From: Pseudoalteromonas translucida KMM 520
GTDB lineage: Bacteria > Pseudomonadota > Gammaproteobacteria > Enterobacterales > Alteromonadaceae
Direction of reading: 5' to 3'
DNA length: 32,000 nucleotides
Assembly (NCBI RefSeq): GCF_001465295.1
Contig: NZ_CP011034.1
Location: 630,001 to 662,000 of the forward strand
Below the pieces are notes generated by a model. It was given only the letters and a program-made list of their open reading frames with translations. It was not told where the DNA came from and did no database searches. Shown in pieces: positions 7,923 through 16,019 of this stretch; position 1 is the stretch's first letter, and every line of letters begins with the position of its first letter. A program made the translations under genes and the position numbers.

Positions 7923-8046
7923 AAAAGCATCTTTACATGGCTGATTTTTACGTAAAATAACAATGTTGATAGTTTTAGGCAAGCTTTTGCGCGTTATTGG
8001 GCTTTTTTTATGTTTGTTTTGCCAGTAATATGCACTCATTGAAGCT

Positions 8047-8069
8047 TTACTTAGTGAGCTACTAAGTAA
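8047..8069. promoter_or_regulatory. Perfect 9-bp inverted repeat (TTACTTAGT-gagct-ACTAAGTAA), candidate operator in the yqhC/yqhD-like intergenic region
   Basis: Read directly from the sequence. It lies 38 bp upstream of the yqhD-like ATG (8107) and about 125 bp from the yqhC-like start. Confidence 0.4.
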
Positions 8070-8106
8070 GTTGAACCATATTTAATCGTCACCCTAGGAT
8101 AAAATA

Positions 8107-9252
8107 ATGAAATTTAGCTACGTAAATCCAACACTAATTCAATTTGGGCAACAACAAATAGCCTCACTAACTGATTTGATCGCAAAAGATCAAAAAGTAC
8201 TAGTTGTGTACGGCGGCGGATCAATTAAAAAGAACGGCGTATACGACCAAGTAGCAGCAGCACTTGAAGGTTTTGATTGGGTAGAGTTTTCGGGCGTTGG
8301 CGCTAATCCAACAATTGAAGTACTAGATCAAGCAGTAAAAATATGTAAAGAACAAGACATCGACTTTGTACTAGGTGTTGGCGGCGGCTCAGTTATTGAC
8401 GGCGTTAAATACATTGCAGCTTCAGCAGTATACGATGGCGAAGGTTGGGATATTCCTACTGGTAAGCATAAAGTAACTAGCGCATTACCAATTGGTGCAG
8501 TACTTACATTACCAGCTACAGGTTCAGAGTCTAACCAAGGCTCAGTAGTAAGCAAAGCTGCTACAAAACAAAAACTCCCGTTTATGTCACCAGCAGTACA
8601 ACCTAAATTTGCGATTATGGACCCTGATGTAATGAAAACATTACCACAGCGTCAACTTGTAAATGGTTTAGTAGACGCATGGGTGCATACCTGTGAGCAG
8701 TACTTAACGTTCCCTGAAGGTGCATTAGTACAAGATGGTTACGCAGAAGCATTACTTAAAGCACTTAAAGTACTTGGCGATAACTTTGAAAACCAAGATG
8801 ACGCATGGCGTGCAAATCTTATGTGGTCAGCGAATCAAGCATTAAACGGTTTGATTGGTTCTGGCGTATCGCAAGATTGGGCAACCCACATGATTGGTCA
8901 CGAGCTTACAGCTGCATACGGTGTTGATCATGCACGTTCGCTTGCAATAGTTCAGCCTTCTTTACTACGCAATCAATTTGCAGTTAAAAAAGCAAAACTT
9001 GAGCAAATGGGCAAAAACGTATTTGGCCTTGCACAATCAGACGATTTAGCAGAGCTAACAATTCAAGCAATTGAAGCGTTTTACCATAGCCTTGATGTAG
9101 CTACGCAGCTTACTGAACATGGTGAAGATAAAGCAGCAGCGATTGACAATATTATTGGCAAACTTGAAGCGCATGGCATGCTTGCCCTTGGTGAAAACCA
9201 AGCAATCACGTTAAAAGAAAGTCGTGAAATTTTAGAACAAGCAGTCGCTTAA
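8107..9252 (+). CDS. yqhD: Iron-containing (group III) alcohol dehydrogenase, YqhD-like NADPH-dependent aldehyde reductase
   Basis: Long collinear similarity to E. coli YqhD as recalled: VYGGGSIKKNGVYDQV, GVGGGSVIDGVKYIAA, LTLPATGSESN, ANQALNGLIGSGVSQDWATHMIGHELTAAYGVDHARSLAIV. An AGGA Shine-Dalgarno sits 7 nt upstream. Confidence 0.9.
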   Translation: MKFSYVNPTLIQFGQQQIASLTDLIAKDQKVLVVYGGGSIKKNGVYDQVAAALEGFDWVEFSGVGANPTIEVLDQAVKICKEQDIDFVLGVGGGSVIDGVKYIAASAVYDGEGWDIPTGKHKVTSALPIGAVLTLPATGSESNQGSVVSKAATKQKLPFMSPAVQPKFAIMDPDVMKTLPQRQLVNGLVDAWVHTCEQYLTFPEGALVQDGYAEALLKALKVLGDNFENQDDAWRANLMWSANQALNGLIGSGVSQDWATHMIGHELTAAYGVDHARSLAIVQPSLLRNQFAVKKAKLEQMGKNVFGLAQSDDLAELTIQAIEAFYHSLDVATQLTEHGEDKAAAIDNIIGKLEAHGMLALGENQAITLKESREILEQAVA

Positions 9253-9270
9253 TTTAAAGTGTTATTAATT

Positions 9271-9306
9271 AAAACCGCTAGCCCTATAGGTTAGCGGTTT
9301 TTTTAT
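9271..9306. terminator. Bidirectional rho-independent terminator
   Basis: In aaaaccgcta gccctatagg ttagcggttttttt, the stem aaccgcta pairs with tagcggtt. An A-run and a T-run flank it, between convergent genes. Confidence 0.75.
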
Positions 9307-9311
9307 GCGTA

Positions 9312-9698
9312 TTAACTATTTAATTCTTTTATTATTTGGCAGTCGTTTATAGTACTTGCGTTGCAGTTAGTTAATAAGCTGGCAAGCGACAGCTCGAGCT
9401 TTTTAAGTTCTTTTTGTGCGGCTCGTACTTTAATTAATTGGTTTTCAATAATGTTATCAACTTTTACACACGGGCCGTCACCAAGTATTTGCGCCGCTAA
9501 CAGCGCTTTAATATCGTCTATCGGAATTTGTAAATCGCGACAACGTCGAATAAAAATCAGACGCTCTGTGTCTGCTTGGGTGTAGGTTCTATAGCCATTG
9601 CTAGCACGTTTTGGAGCTGGAATAAGGTGTATTTGCTCATAATAGCGAATTGTTTTTGCATTAATATTAACTAAGTGAGCAAGTTGCTTGATTTGCAT
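9312..9698 (-). CDS. MerR-family metal-responsive regulator (CueR-like scaffold with Cys77/Cys112/Cys120)
   Basis: N-terminal HTH MQIKQLAHLVNINAKTIRYYEQIHLIPAPKRASNGYRTYT. A coiled-coil dimerisation helix follows. The C-terminal metal loop is NCNASTINDCQIIKEL. Confidence 0.9.
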   Translation of the reverse strand: MQIKQLAHLVNINAKTIRYYEQIHLIPAPKRASNGYRTYTQADTERLIFIRRCRDLQIPIDDIKALLAAQILGDGPCVKVDNIIENQLIKVRAAQKELKKLELSLASLLTNCNASTINDCQIIKELNS

Positions 9699-9699
9699 A

Positions 9700-9730
9700 T
9701 TGACCTTCCAGTAACTAGAAGGTTTATTAT
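9700..9730 (+). promoter_or_regulatory. MerR-type promoter/operator: TTGACC, 19-bp spacer containing a dyad, then TATTAT
   Basis: TTGACC is at 9700-9705 and TATTAT at 9725-9730, with an exact 19-nt spacer. The dyad ACCTTCcAGTaACTaGAAGGT (9703-9723) closely resembles the E. coli copA CueR box (ACCTTCC-N7-GGAAGGT, from memory). Confidence 0.85.
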
Positions 9731-9797
9731 GGGTTTTGTTCTCGTTATACTCAAGTTATTTAAAGAGATGTAACTTTTTGAATTTTATAGGCAGACA

Positions 9798-10118
9798 ATG
9801 CATTCAAAACGTTTTTTAATAGTGATACTTTTAGTACTTGTACATAGCTTTATTAGCTGTGATGGTGCTGCGTATCATTTACAAGAAGACGTAGATCACA
9901 TAACCAGCGCGCAGTTACAAAGTAACATAACTGCCGATGGTAGCCAAAATGAGGCTCAAGCCTCTGCCGAAATTCATGCTCACCAACATTGTCATAGTGG
10001 CTATTACAGCACAGTAAACCACTCAATCAACCCTGAGCAGAGTAACCCTGCGTTACCTGTACGCTATTGTGGATTAATTTATCCACCTATGTCGCGCCCT
10101 CCTATTTCACTTAGCTAG
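9798..10118 (+). CDS. Small secreted (possibly lipidated) His/Cys-rich protein, first gene of the MerR-controlled operon; occupies a CzcI-like position
   Basis: Signal peptide MHSKRFLIVILLVLVHSFISC with a lipobox-like FISC. His/Cys cluster EIHAHQHCHSGYY. No family recognised. Confidence 0.6.
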   Translation: MHSKRFLIVILLVLVHSFISCDGAAYHLQEDVDHITSAQLQSNITADGSQNEAQASAEIHAHQHCHSGYYSTVNHSINPEQSNPALPVRYCGLIYPPMSRPPISLS

Positions 10119-10283
10119 TTTTAATTTACCTTAATAAAATATGGTGCATTTTACTGCCTGCGTTTAGACGCTATATAGGCTGTGTTATATGCATATTTAG
10201 GTTGCTTACAAATTTACATTGCGCTTTTTAATTTTAAATTATTTTGTAAGTTAACCCTGTTTGTTAAAAAATGGACAAGCTAT

Positions 10284-11549
10284 ATGAATAAAAAACCAAT
10301 TATGCTGGTGGCACTACTTTGCGTGCTGCCGGTATATAATGCGCTGGCTAATATTAGTGCGAGTGAAAATATACTCACGCTTAAGCAAGCGCTGAGTAAT
10401 ACCGAGCAACAAAATCCGATATTAAAACGCTACCCCTATCATCAAAAAATATTGAGCGCGCTTAAATCTCAAGCCACACTTTCGCCAAACCCTGTGCTTA
10501 GTGTTGCAGTTGAAAATGTGTTAGGTACTAATGATGCGCGTGGCGTAAAAGGCGCTGAAATAACGCTCGGGCTTAGCCAACTTATTGAGCTGGGAGATAA
10601 ACGCCAAAGTAGAGTAAGTTTTGCTACTGCAAATATTAAAGCGCAGGCTATACAGTATCAAAATACGCGTTTAGCGTTATTAGCTACCACCGCAGAGCGT
10701 TACTATAGCGCACTTAAATTTCAAACCTTATTAGCATTAAATGTTGAGCGAAAAAGCGTTGTAACACGGGCGCTCAAAACAATTGAGCAAAGAGCAAATG
10801 CCGGGGCTGTATCGCAAGCCGATGTAAGTCGTATGCGGTATGCACTTAGCCAAGTAGAGCTTGAGCAAGTAAAGCTAACAAGTGAGTTTGAGCGCGCGCG
10901 TTTATTACTTAATGAGCTTTGGATTGATGAGCAAAGTAGTGCTTTTTTAGCGGGAAATATTAACGTCATCACGCCGCTTAAATCACAGCAAGCGCTTTTA
11001 GATGCGGTAAATTTAGCACCTGAATTTGCCTTACTTCAGCAGCAATATATACAGCAAACGGCTAACTTAGCGCTGCAAAAAGCCAATGGGCAAAGTGATA
11101 TAAATATTGGTGGTGGTGTGCGTTACAACCAACAAAGTGATTCGAGTTCATTGTTGTTTTCGTTTTCTATGCCACTGCAAATCAGTAATGCTAATAGCGG
11201 TAATATTGCTGCAGCAGCAAGTGAGCTTGCGCTTTTAAACCAGCAGCAAGGGCTGTTGCGAGTTCAGTTACGCCAGCAAGTACGTACTCTGTATGCTTAT
11301 TATCAAGGGGTAGCAAATCAAGCCACGTTATTAAATAAGCAAATAATTCCTCAGACACAAACATTGATAGAGCAAAGCTTAAACAGCTATCAACGCGGGC
11401 AAATTTCGGTGCTGCAGTTGCTCGATGCTCAGCAAGCACACTTTGACTCTAAACGCGCACTCATTGCAACCCACGCAGAGCTGTACCAAGTGCTACTTAC
11501 CCTTGAGCGTTTAACTGGCCAATCTTTAATTGAGACTTACCAATCATGA
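10284..11549 (+). CDS. czcC: Outer-membrane efflux factor, TolC/CzcC family
   Basis: Signal peptide MNKKPIMLVALLCVLPVYNALA. It has the two-repeat OEP architecture (LTLKQALSNTEQQNPILK...; ...YQRGQISVLQLLDAQQAHFDSKRALIATHAELYQ). Start moved from GTG 10182 to ATG 10284. Its stop overlaps the czcB start. Confidence 0.85.
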   Translation: MNKKPIMLVALLCVLPVYNALANISASENILTLKQALSNTEQQNPILKRYPYHQKILSALKSQATLSPNPVLSVAVENVLGTNDARGVKGAEITLGLSQLIELGDKRQSRVSFATANIKAQAIQYQNTRLALLATTAERYYSALKFQTLLALNVERKSVVTRALKTIEQRANAGAVSQADVSRMRYALSQVELEQVKLTSEFERARLLLNELWIDEQSSAFLAGNINVITPLKSQQALLDAVNLAPEFALLQQQYIQQTANLALQKANGQSDINIGGGVRYNQQSDSSSLLFSFSMPLQISNANSGNIAAAASELALLNQQQGLLRVQLRQQVRTLYAYYQGVANQATLLNKQIIPQTQTLIEQSLNSYQRGQISVLQLLDAQQAHFDSKRALIATHAELYQVLLTLERLTGQSLIETYQS

Positions 11550-12778
11550 ATAAAAATATAATTGTATTATTAGTATCACTTTTACTTGCTGGCAGCGTGT
11601 TAAGCACCAGTGTACTTGCATCTGCCGAGCATGGAGAAACTGAGCAACAAGAGCAAAAGCAAGGTCCACACGGTGGTTTTTTATTAGCTGATCCTAAGTT
11701 AACTCTTGAGCTTAAATTACAAGAATTTGCCGGTAATGTTGAGCTGCGTATATACGCTTACAAGCAAAATAAGCCAATTAATATAAGAGATTTAAACATA
11801 ACAATGAGTTTAAAACGATTAGTTGAAGCGCCGCAAAATATACAGTTCACAACGGAGGGCGACTACCTCGTAAGTACGCAATCAATTAACGAACCGCATT
11901 CATTTGTACTTGCCGTTACTGCTAATTATAAAGGCGAGAGTATTAGCTATGAGTACGAGCAACACGAAGGGCGAACCACGCTAACAGAGCGAGCTATTGA
12001 ACGCGCAGGCATTAAAACCGAGGTAGCGCAAAGTGGTGAGGTAGATATTACCGATACGCTTTTTGGTGTTATAGCGCCAACCCAGCACGGCACAGTAGAA
12101 GTAATGGCGCCGTATACGGGATTGATCAGTGATATTTTTGTAAGCATTGGCCAAAGCGTTAAAAAAGGCGAGGCGCTTGTAAGTATCACTAACCGCGAAA
12201 CACTGCAAAACTACACCATTAAAAGCCCTATTAGTGGCGTTGTAACTGAGCAATATTTAAAACGTGGTGAGCTTGCAAGCACCAGCGCACTTATGCAAGT
12301 AGTTAACCTTGATAATGTATGGGTTGAGCTGTCGGCTTTTCCCGAAAATATTGAAAAGCTAGCCATTGGGCAAAGCGCTAAAGTGTACGACCTACATCAT
12401 CATTTAAATACACAAGGGAAAGTGTTTTTTATAGCCCCAATGATGACTGGAGGGCACATAGCCCGTGCCCGTATAGAGCTTAATAACCCAGACGGGCACT
12501 GGCGCCCAGGCATGCATATAAATAGCGATGTAAGTGTGGCTAAAATAAATGCCAGCGTGCGGGTAAAGCCACAAGCAATTCAAGAGTTTAACGGTCAACC
12601 AAGTGTGTTTGTTCGTAAAAATAATGTGTTTGAAGTGCGTCCCGTTACCTTAGGTGCAAAAAATAGCGAATGGGTAGAAGTACTTACAGGCTTAAACGCG
12701 GGTAGTGAATACGTAACAGACAATAGTTATGTAATTAAAGCCGATATTTTAAAAAGCGGCGCAAGCCACGCTCACTAG
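11546..12778 (+). CDS. czcB: RND periplasmic adaptor (membrane fusion protein), CzcB/HlyD_D23 family
   Basis: Signal peptide, a His/Glu-rich N-terminal segment (AEHGETEQQEQKQGPHGG), a lipoyl/barrel-sandwich core (GLISDIFVSIGQSVKKGEALVSI...ISGVVTE) and its position between czcC and czcA. Confidence 0.85.
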   Translation: MNKNIIVLLVSLLLAGSVLSTSVLASAEHGETEQQEQKQGPHGGFLLADPKLTLELKLQEFAGNVELRIYAYKQNKPINIRDLNITMSLKRLVEAPQNIQFTTEGDYLVSTQSINEPHSFVLAVTANYKGESISYEYEQHEGRTTLTERAIERAGIKTEVAQSGEVDITDTLFGVIAPTQHGTVEVMAPYTGLISDIFVSIGQSVKKGEALVSITNRETLQNYTIKSPISGVVTEQYLKRGELASTSALMQVVNLDNVWVELSAFPENIEKLAIGQSAKVYDLHHHLNTQGKVFFIAPMMTGGHIARARIELNNPDGHWRPGMHINSDVSVAKINASVRVKPQAIQEFNGQPSVFVRKNNVFEVRPVTLGAKNSEWVEVLTGLNAGSEYVTDNSYVIKADILKSGASHAH

Positions 12779-12786
12779 GAGGCACC

Positions 12787-15700
12787 ATGATTAATTGGAT
12801 AGTTTCTTTTGCGGTTAAACGCCGCATGCTGGTGCTTGCGCTTACATTTTTATTTGCTGGGTTTGGTGTATACAACATTCAAAATTTAGCGGTAGACGCA
12901 GTACCCGATATAACCAACGTACAAGTGCAAATTAATACCAAAGCACAGGGCTTTACGCCATTAGAGGTAGAGCAACGCATTACCTATTTAATCGAAACCG
13001 CCATGGCGGGCATACCTAAGCTTGACTACACTCGTTCGCTTTCGCGTTATGGGCTTTCGCAAGTAACGGTTATTTTTAATGAAGGCACAGATATTTATTG
13101 GGCGCGTCAGCAAATTGGTGAGCGTATTCAAAGTATTCGCTCCGACTTACCTAGTAACGTAGAGCCAAACTTGGGTCCTATTGCCAGTGGTTTAGGCGAA
13201 ATATTTACTTATAGTGTGCATACACAGCCCAATGCGTTAAAAGACGATGGCACCGCTTACAACGCCGAAGACTTACGTACTTTGCAAGATTGGGTTATTC
13301 GTCCGCAGCTTTTAAAAGTAAAAGGCGTAACCGAAATAAACAGCCAAGGTGGTTTTGAGCGCCAGTACCAAGTAGCACCAGTGCCCGAAAAATTGATTGC
13401 CTATAAGCTTACTATTAGCGATGTAATTAGTGCACTTGAGGTTAATAACAGTAACCGAGGGGCAGGTTATATTGAGCGCTATGATGGGCAATATTTAGTA
13501 CGCTCGCCAGGGCAACTTAAAACGCTAGAAGATATAGCCAATACCGTTATTGCTAAGCGCGATGATGCACCTGTACGCATTAAAGATGTGGCTAACGTGC
13601 ATTTAGGCAAAGAGCTTAGAACAGGCGCGGCGACTTATAATGGCGAGGAAACCGTGCTTGGTACTGCCATGATGCTCATTGGCGAAAACAGCCGCGTAGT
13701 TGCAAAAGCCATGGCTGATAAGTTAGTTGATGTGCAAAAAAGCTTACCCGCTGGCGTAATTGTTGAAGCGGTTTACGATCGTACTACTCTTGTTGATAAA
13801 ACCATAGCAACGGTGCAAACCAATCTGTTTGAAGGCGCCGTTTTAGTGATAGTAATTTTGCTATTACTACTGGGTAATGTAACGGGCGCGCTTATTACTG
13901 CAATGGTTATTCCGCTCAGTATGTTGTTTGCCATTACAGGTATGGTGGGTAATCGCGTATCGGGTAACTTAATGAGCCTAGGTGCAATCGACTTTGGTTT
14001 AATTGTTGATGGTGCTGTAATTGTAGTCGAAAACTGCCTGCGCCAACTCGGTGTGGCGCAACATAAACATGGCAGGCTACTTACGTTAAACGAGCGTTTA
14101 AATGTAGTGACTGCAGCCACCAAAGAGGTATTTACACCGGCTGTATTTGGTATTGTTATTATTATGCTGGTTTATTTACCTTTATTTGCACTAAGCGGCG
14201 TTGAAGGAAAAATGTTTCAGCCAATGGCGTTTACTGTAGTTGCTGCATTAATAGGCGCGCTTATTTTTGGCGTTACCTTTGTACCTGCTGCTATTGCGGT
14301 ATTTGTTCGCGGTAAGGTTAATGAAACCGAAAACGCAGTCATGCGCGGCGTTAAAAAAGTATATAAACCATTACTTGGTATATCGCTCAAATTACCGTGG
14401 CTTATGGTGGGTATTGCTACTGCATTAGTATTGGTGCTTGGTTTTAAAGTTAAAAATATGGGGGCAGAATTTTTACCGCAGCTTGATGAGGGCGATATTG
14501 CTATGCATGCGCTGCGCATTACTGGCACCGGTATTGAGCAATCGGTACAAATGCAAAAAGAGCTTGAACAAGCCATTTTAAAGCAACCCGAAGTCGCTAA
14601 CGTTTTTTCAAAAATTGGTACTGCTGACGTGGCAAGCGATCCTATGCCGCCAAACGTAGCCGATACTTTTTTAATGTTAAAACCTCAAGAGCAATGGCCA
14701 AATCCAGCACTCACTAAAGAAGAGTTGATTAAACAAATTCGTACTCGTGTTAACGATGTGCCTGGTAATAATTACGAATTCACACAACCAATAGAAATGC
14801 GCTTTAACGAGTTAATTGCCGGTGTGCGCGCCGATGTAGCACTGCGTATTTACGGTGATGACTTAAGCGTACTTAAAGCGTTTGGCGAAAAAGCGACAGG
14901 CTTAATGCGTAATATTGCAGGCGCTACCGATGTACGTTTGGAGCAAATGGAAGGGTTGCCAACACTTTCGGTAACACCAATGCGCGACCACATGGCGTTA
15001 TTAGGCTTAAGTGTAAACGACATTCAACAAACACTTGCCGCCGCTGTTGGTGGTGTGCAAACCGGGCTAATTTACGAGGGTGATAAACGCTTTTCGTTAT
15101 TAGTGCGCCTTGATAAGCGTTGGTCTAGCGATGTATCAGCACTTGCCCGTTTGCCAGTTGCTTTACCTAAAGAGAGCAACCCGGAACTTGCGTTTGTACC
15201 GCTAGGTGAAGTGGCGACTATCAGCATTGAAAAAGGTCCTAACCAAATAAACCGCGAAAGTGGTAAGCGCAACGTAGTGGTAACTGCCAATGTAGAAGGG
15301 CGCGATTTAGCAAGTTTTGTAAGTGATGCGCAAGCAAGTATGAATACAGATCTTAACTTACCAAGTGGCTATTGGCTTGAATACGGTGGCACATTTGAGC
15401 AATTGCAATCGGCAAGTAAGCGGTTATCCTTGGTTGTGCCGGTCACTTTATTGCTTATATTTGGCTTACTTTATAGCGCCTTTGGATCGTTGCGAGATTC
15501 GTTAATTATATTTAGTGGCGTGCCTTTGGCGTTGACTGGTGGTGTGTTTGCATTATTGCTGCGCGATATGCCGCTTTCAATTTCAGCAGGTGTTGGCTTT
15601 ATAGCCCTAAGTGGCGTAGCCGTATTAAATGGCGTGGTTATGCTTTCGTTTATTAAGCAATTACGAAGCGACGGTTTGAGTTTGTTTGAAGCAATACACA

Positions 15701-15933
15701 GCGGCGCATTACAGCGCCTGCGCCCAGTATTGATGACAGCACTAGTGGCGAGCTTAGGCTTTATACCCATGGCACTTAATACGGGGACGGGGTCTGAAGT
15801 GCAAAAACCTTTAGCAACAGTAGTGGTTGGCGGAATTATTTCATCCACTTTACTCACGCTGTTAATTTTGCCCGCACTTTATAAATTAGTGCATGCAAAG
15901 TTTAATAAGCAAAAAGAGGCTGAGTTAATCTAA
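12787..15933 (+). CDS. czcA: Heavy-metal efflux RND transporter, CzcA type (HME, divalent cations)
   Basis: 1048 aa, 12-TM RND layout. TM4 signature SLGAIDFGLIVDGAVIVVENCLR (DFG-x3-DGA-x3-VEN at 13990-14034) is typical of CzcA and unlike the CusA/SilA TM4 (AVGAMVDAAIVMIEN). A strong AGGAGG Shine-Dalgarno is present. Confidence 0.92.
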   Translation: MINWIVSFAVKRRMLVLALTFLFAGFGVYNIQNLAVDAVPDITNVQVQINTKAQGFTPLEVEQRITYLIETAMAGIPKLDYTRSLSRYGLSQVTVIFNEGTDIYWARQQIGERIQSIRSDLPSNVEPNLGPIASGLGEIFTYSVHTQPNALKDDGTAYNAEDLRTLQDWVIRPQLLKVKGVTEINSQGGFERQYQVAPVPEKLIAYKLTISDVISALEVNNSNRGAGYIERYDGQYLVRSPGQLKTLEDIANTVIAKRDDAPVRIKDVANVHLGKELRTGAATYNGEETVLGTAMMLIGENSRVVAKAMADKLVDVQKSLPAGVIVEAVYDRTTLVDKTIATVQTNLFEGAVLVIVILLLLLGNVTGALITAMVIPLSMLFAITGMVGNRVSGNLMSLGAIDFGLIVDGAVIVVENCLRQLGVAQHKHGRLLTLNERLNVVTAATKEVFTPAVFGIVIIMLVYLPLFALSGVEGKMFQPMAFTVVAALIGALIFGVTFVPAAIAVFVRGKVNETENAVMRGVKKVYKPLLGISLKLPWLMVGIATALVLVLGFKVKNMGAEFLPQLDEGDIAMHALRITGTGIEQSVQMQKELEQAILKQPEVANVFSKIGTADVASDPMPPNVADTFLMLKPQEQWPNPALTKEELIKQIRTRVNDVPGNNYEFTQPIEMRFNELIAGVRADVALRIYGDDLSVLKAFGEKATGLMRNIAGATDVRLEQMEGLPTLSVTPMRDHMALLGLSVNDIQQTLAAAVGGVQTGLIYEGDKRFSLLVRLDKRWSSDVSALARLPVALPKESNPELAFVPLGEVATISIEKGPNQINRESGKRNVVVTANVEGRDLASFVSDAQASMNTDLNLPSGYWLEYGGTFEQLQSASKRLSLVVPVTLLLIFGLLYSAFGSLRDSLIIFSGVPLALTGGVFALLLRDMPLSISAGVGFIALSGVAVLNGVVMLSFIKQLRSDGLSLFEAIHSGALQRLRPVLMTALVASLGFIPMALNTGTGSEVQKPLATVVVGGIISSTLLTLLILPALYKLVHAKFNKQKEAELI

Positions 15934-15954
15934 ATATTATCGATTTAAAGCTAA

Positions 15955-15990
15955 TAAAAAAAGCAGCTGTAGTTACAGCTGCTTTTTTTA
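15955..15990. terminator. Bidirectional rho-independent terminator
   Basis: The sequence is aaaaaaagcagctgtagttacagctgcttttttta. The perfect GC-containing stem gcagctg pairs with cagctgc. A-runs and T-runs flank it, between convergent czcA and the 16020-17255 gene. Confidence 0.9.
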
Positions 15991-16019
15991 TTTGGGTATT
16001 ATTTAGCAAAAATACTAGA

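Noticed and set aside
12787-15933. Considered calling the pump CusCBA (Cu/Ag), because the regulator and operator look CueR-like.
   Set aside because: The RND subunit has the CzcA-type TM4 motif DFG-x3-DGA-x3-VEN, not the CusA/SilA motif. No CusF-like gene is present. The regulator carries Cys77, typical of divalent-ion sensors.
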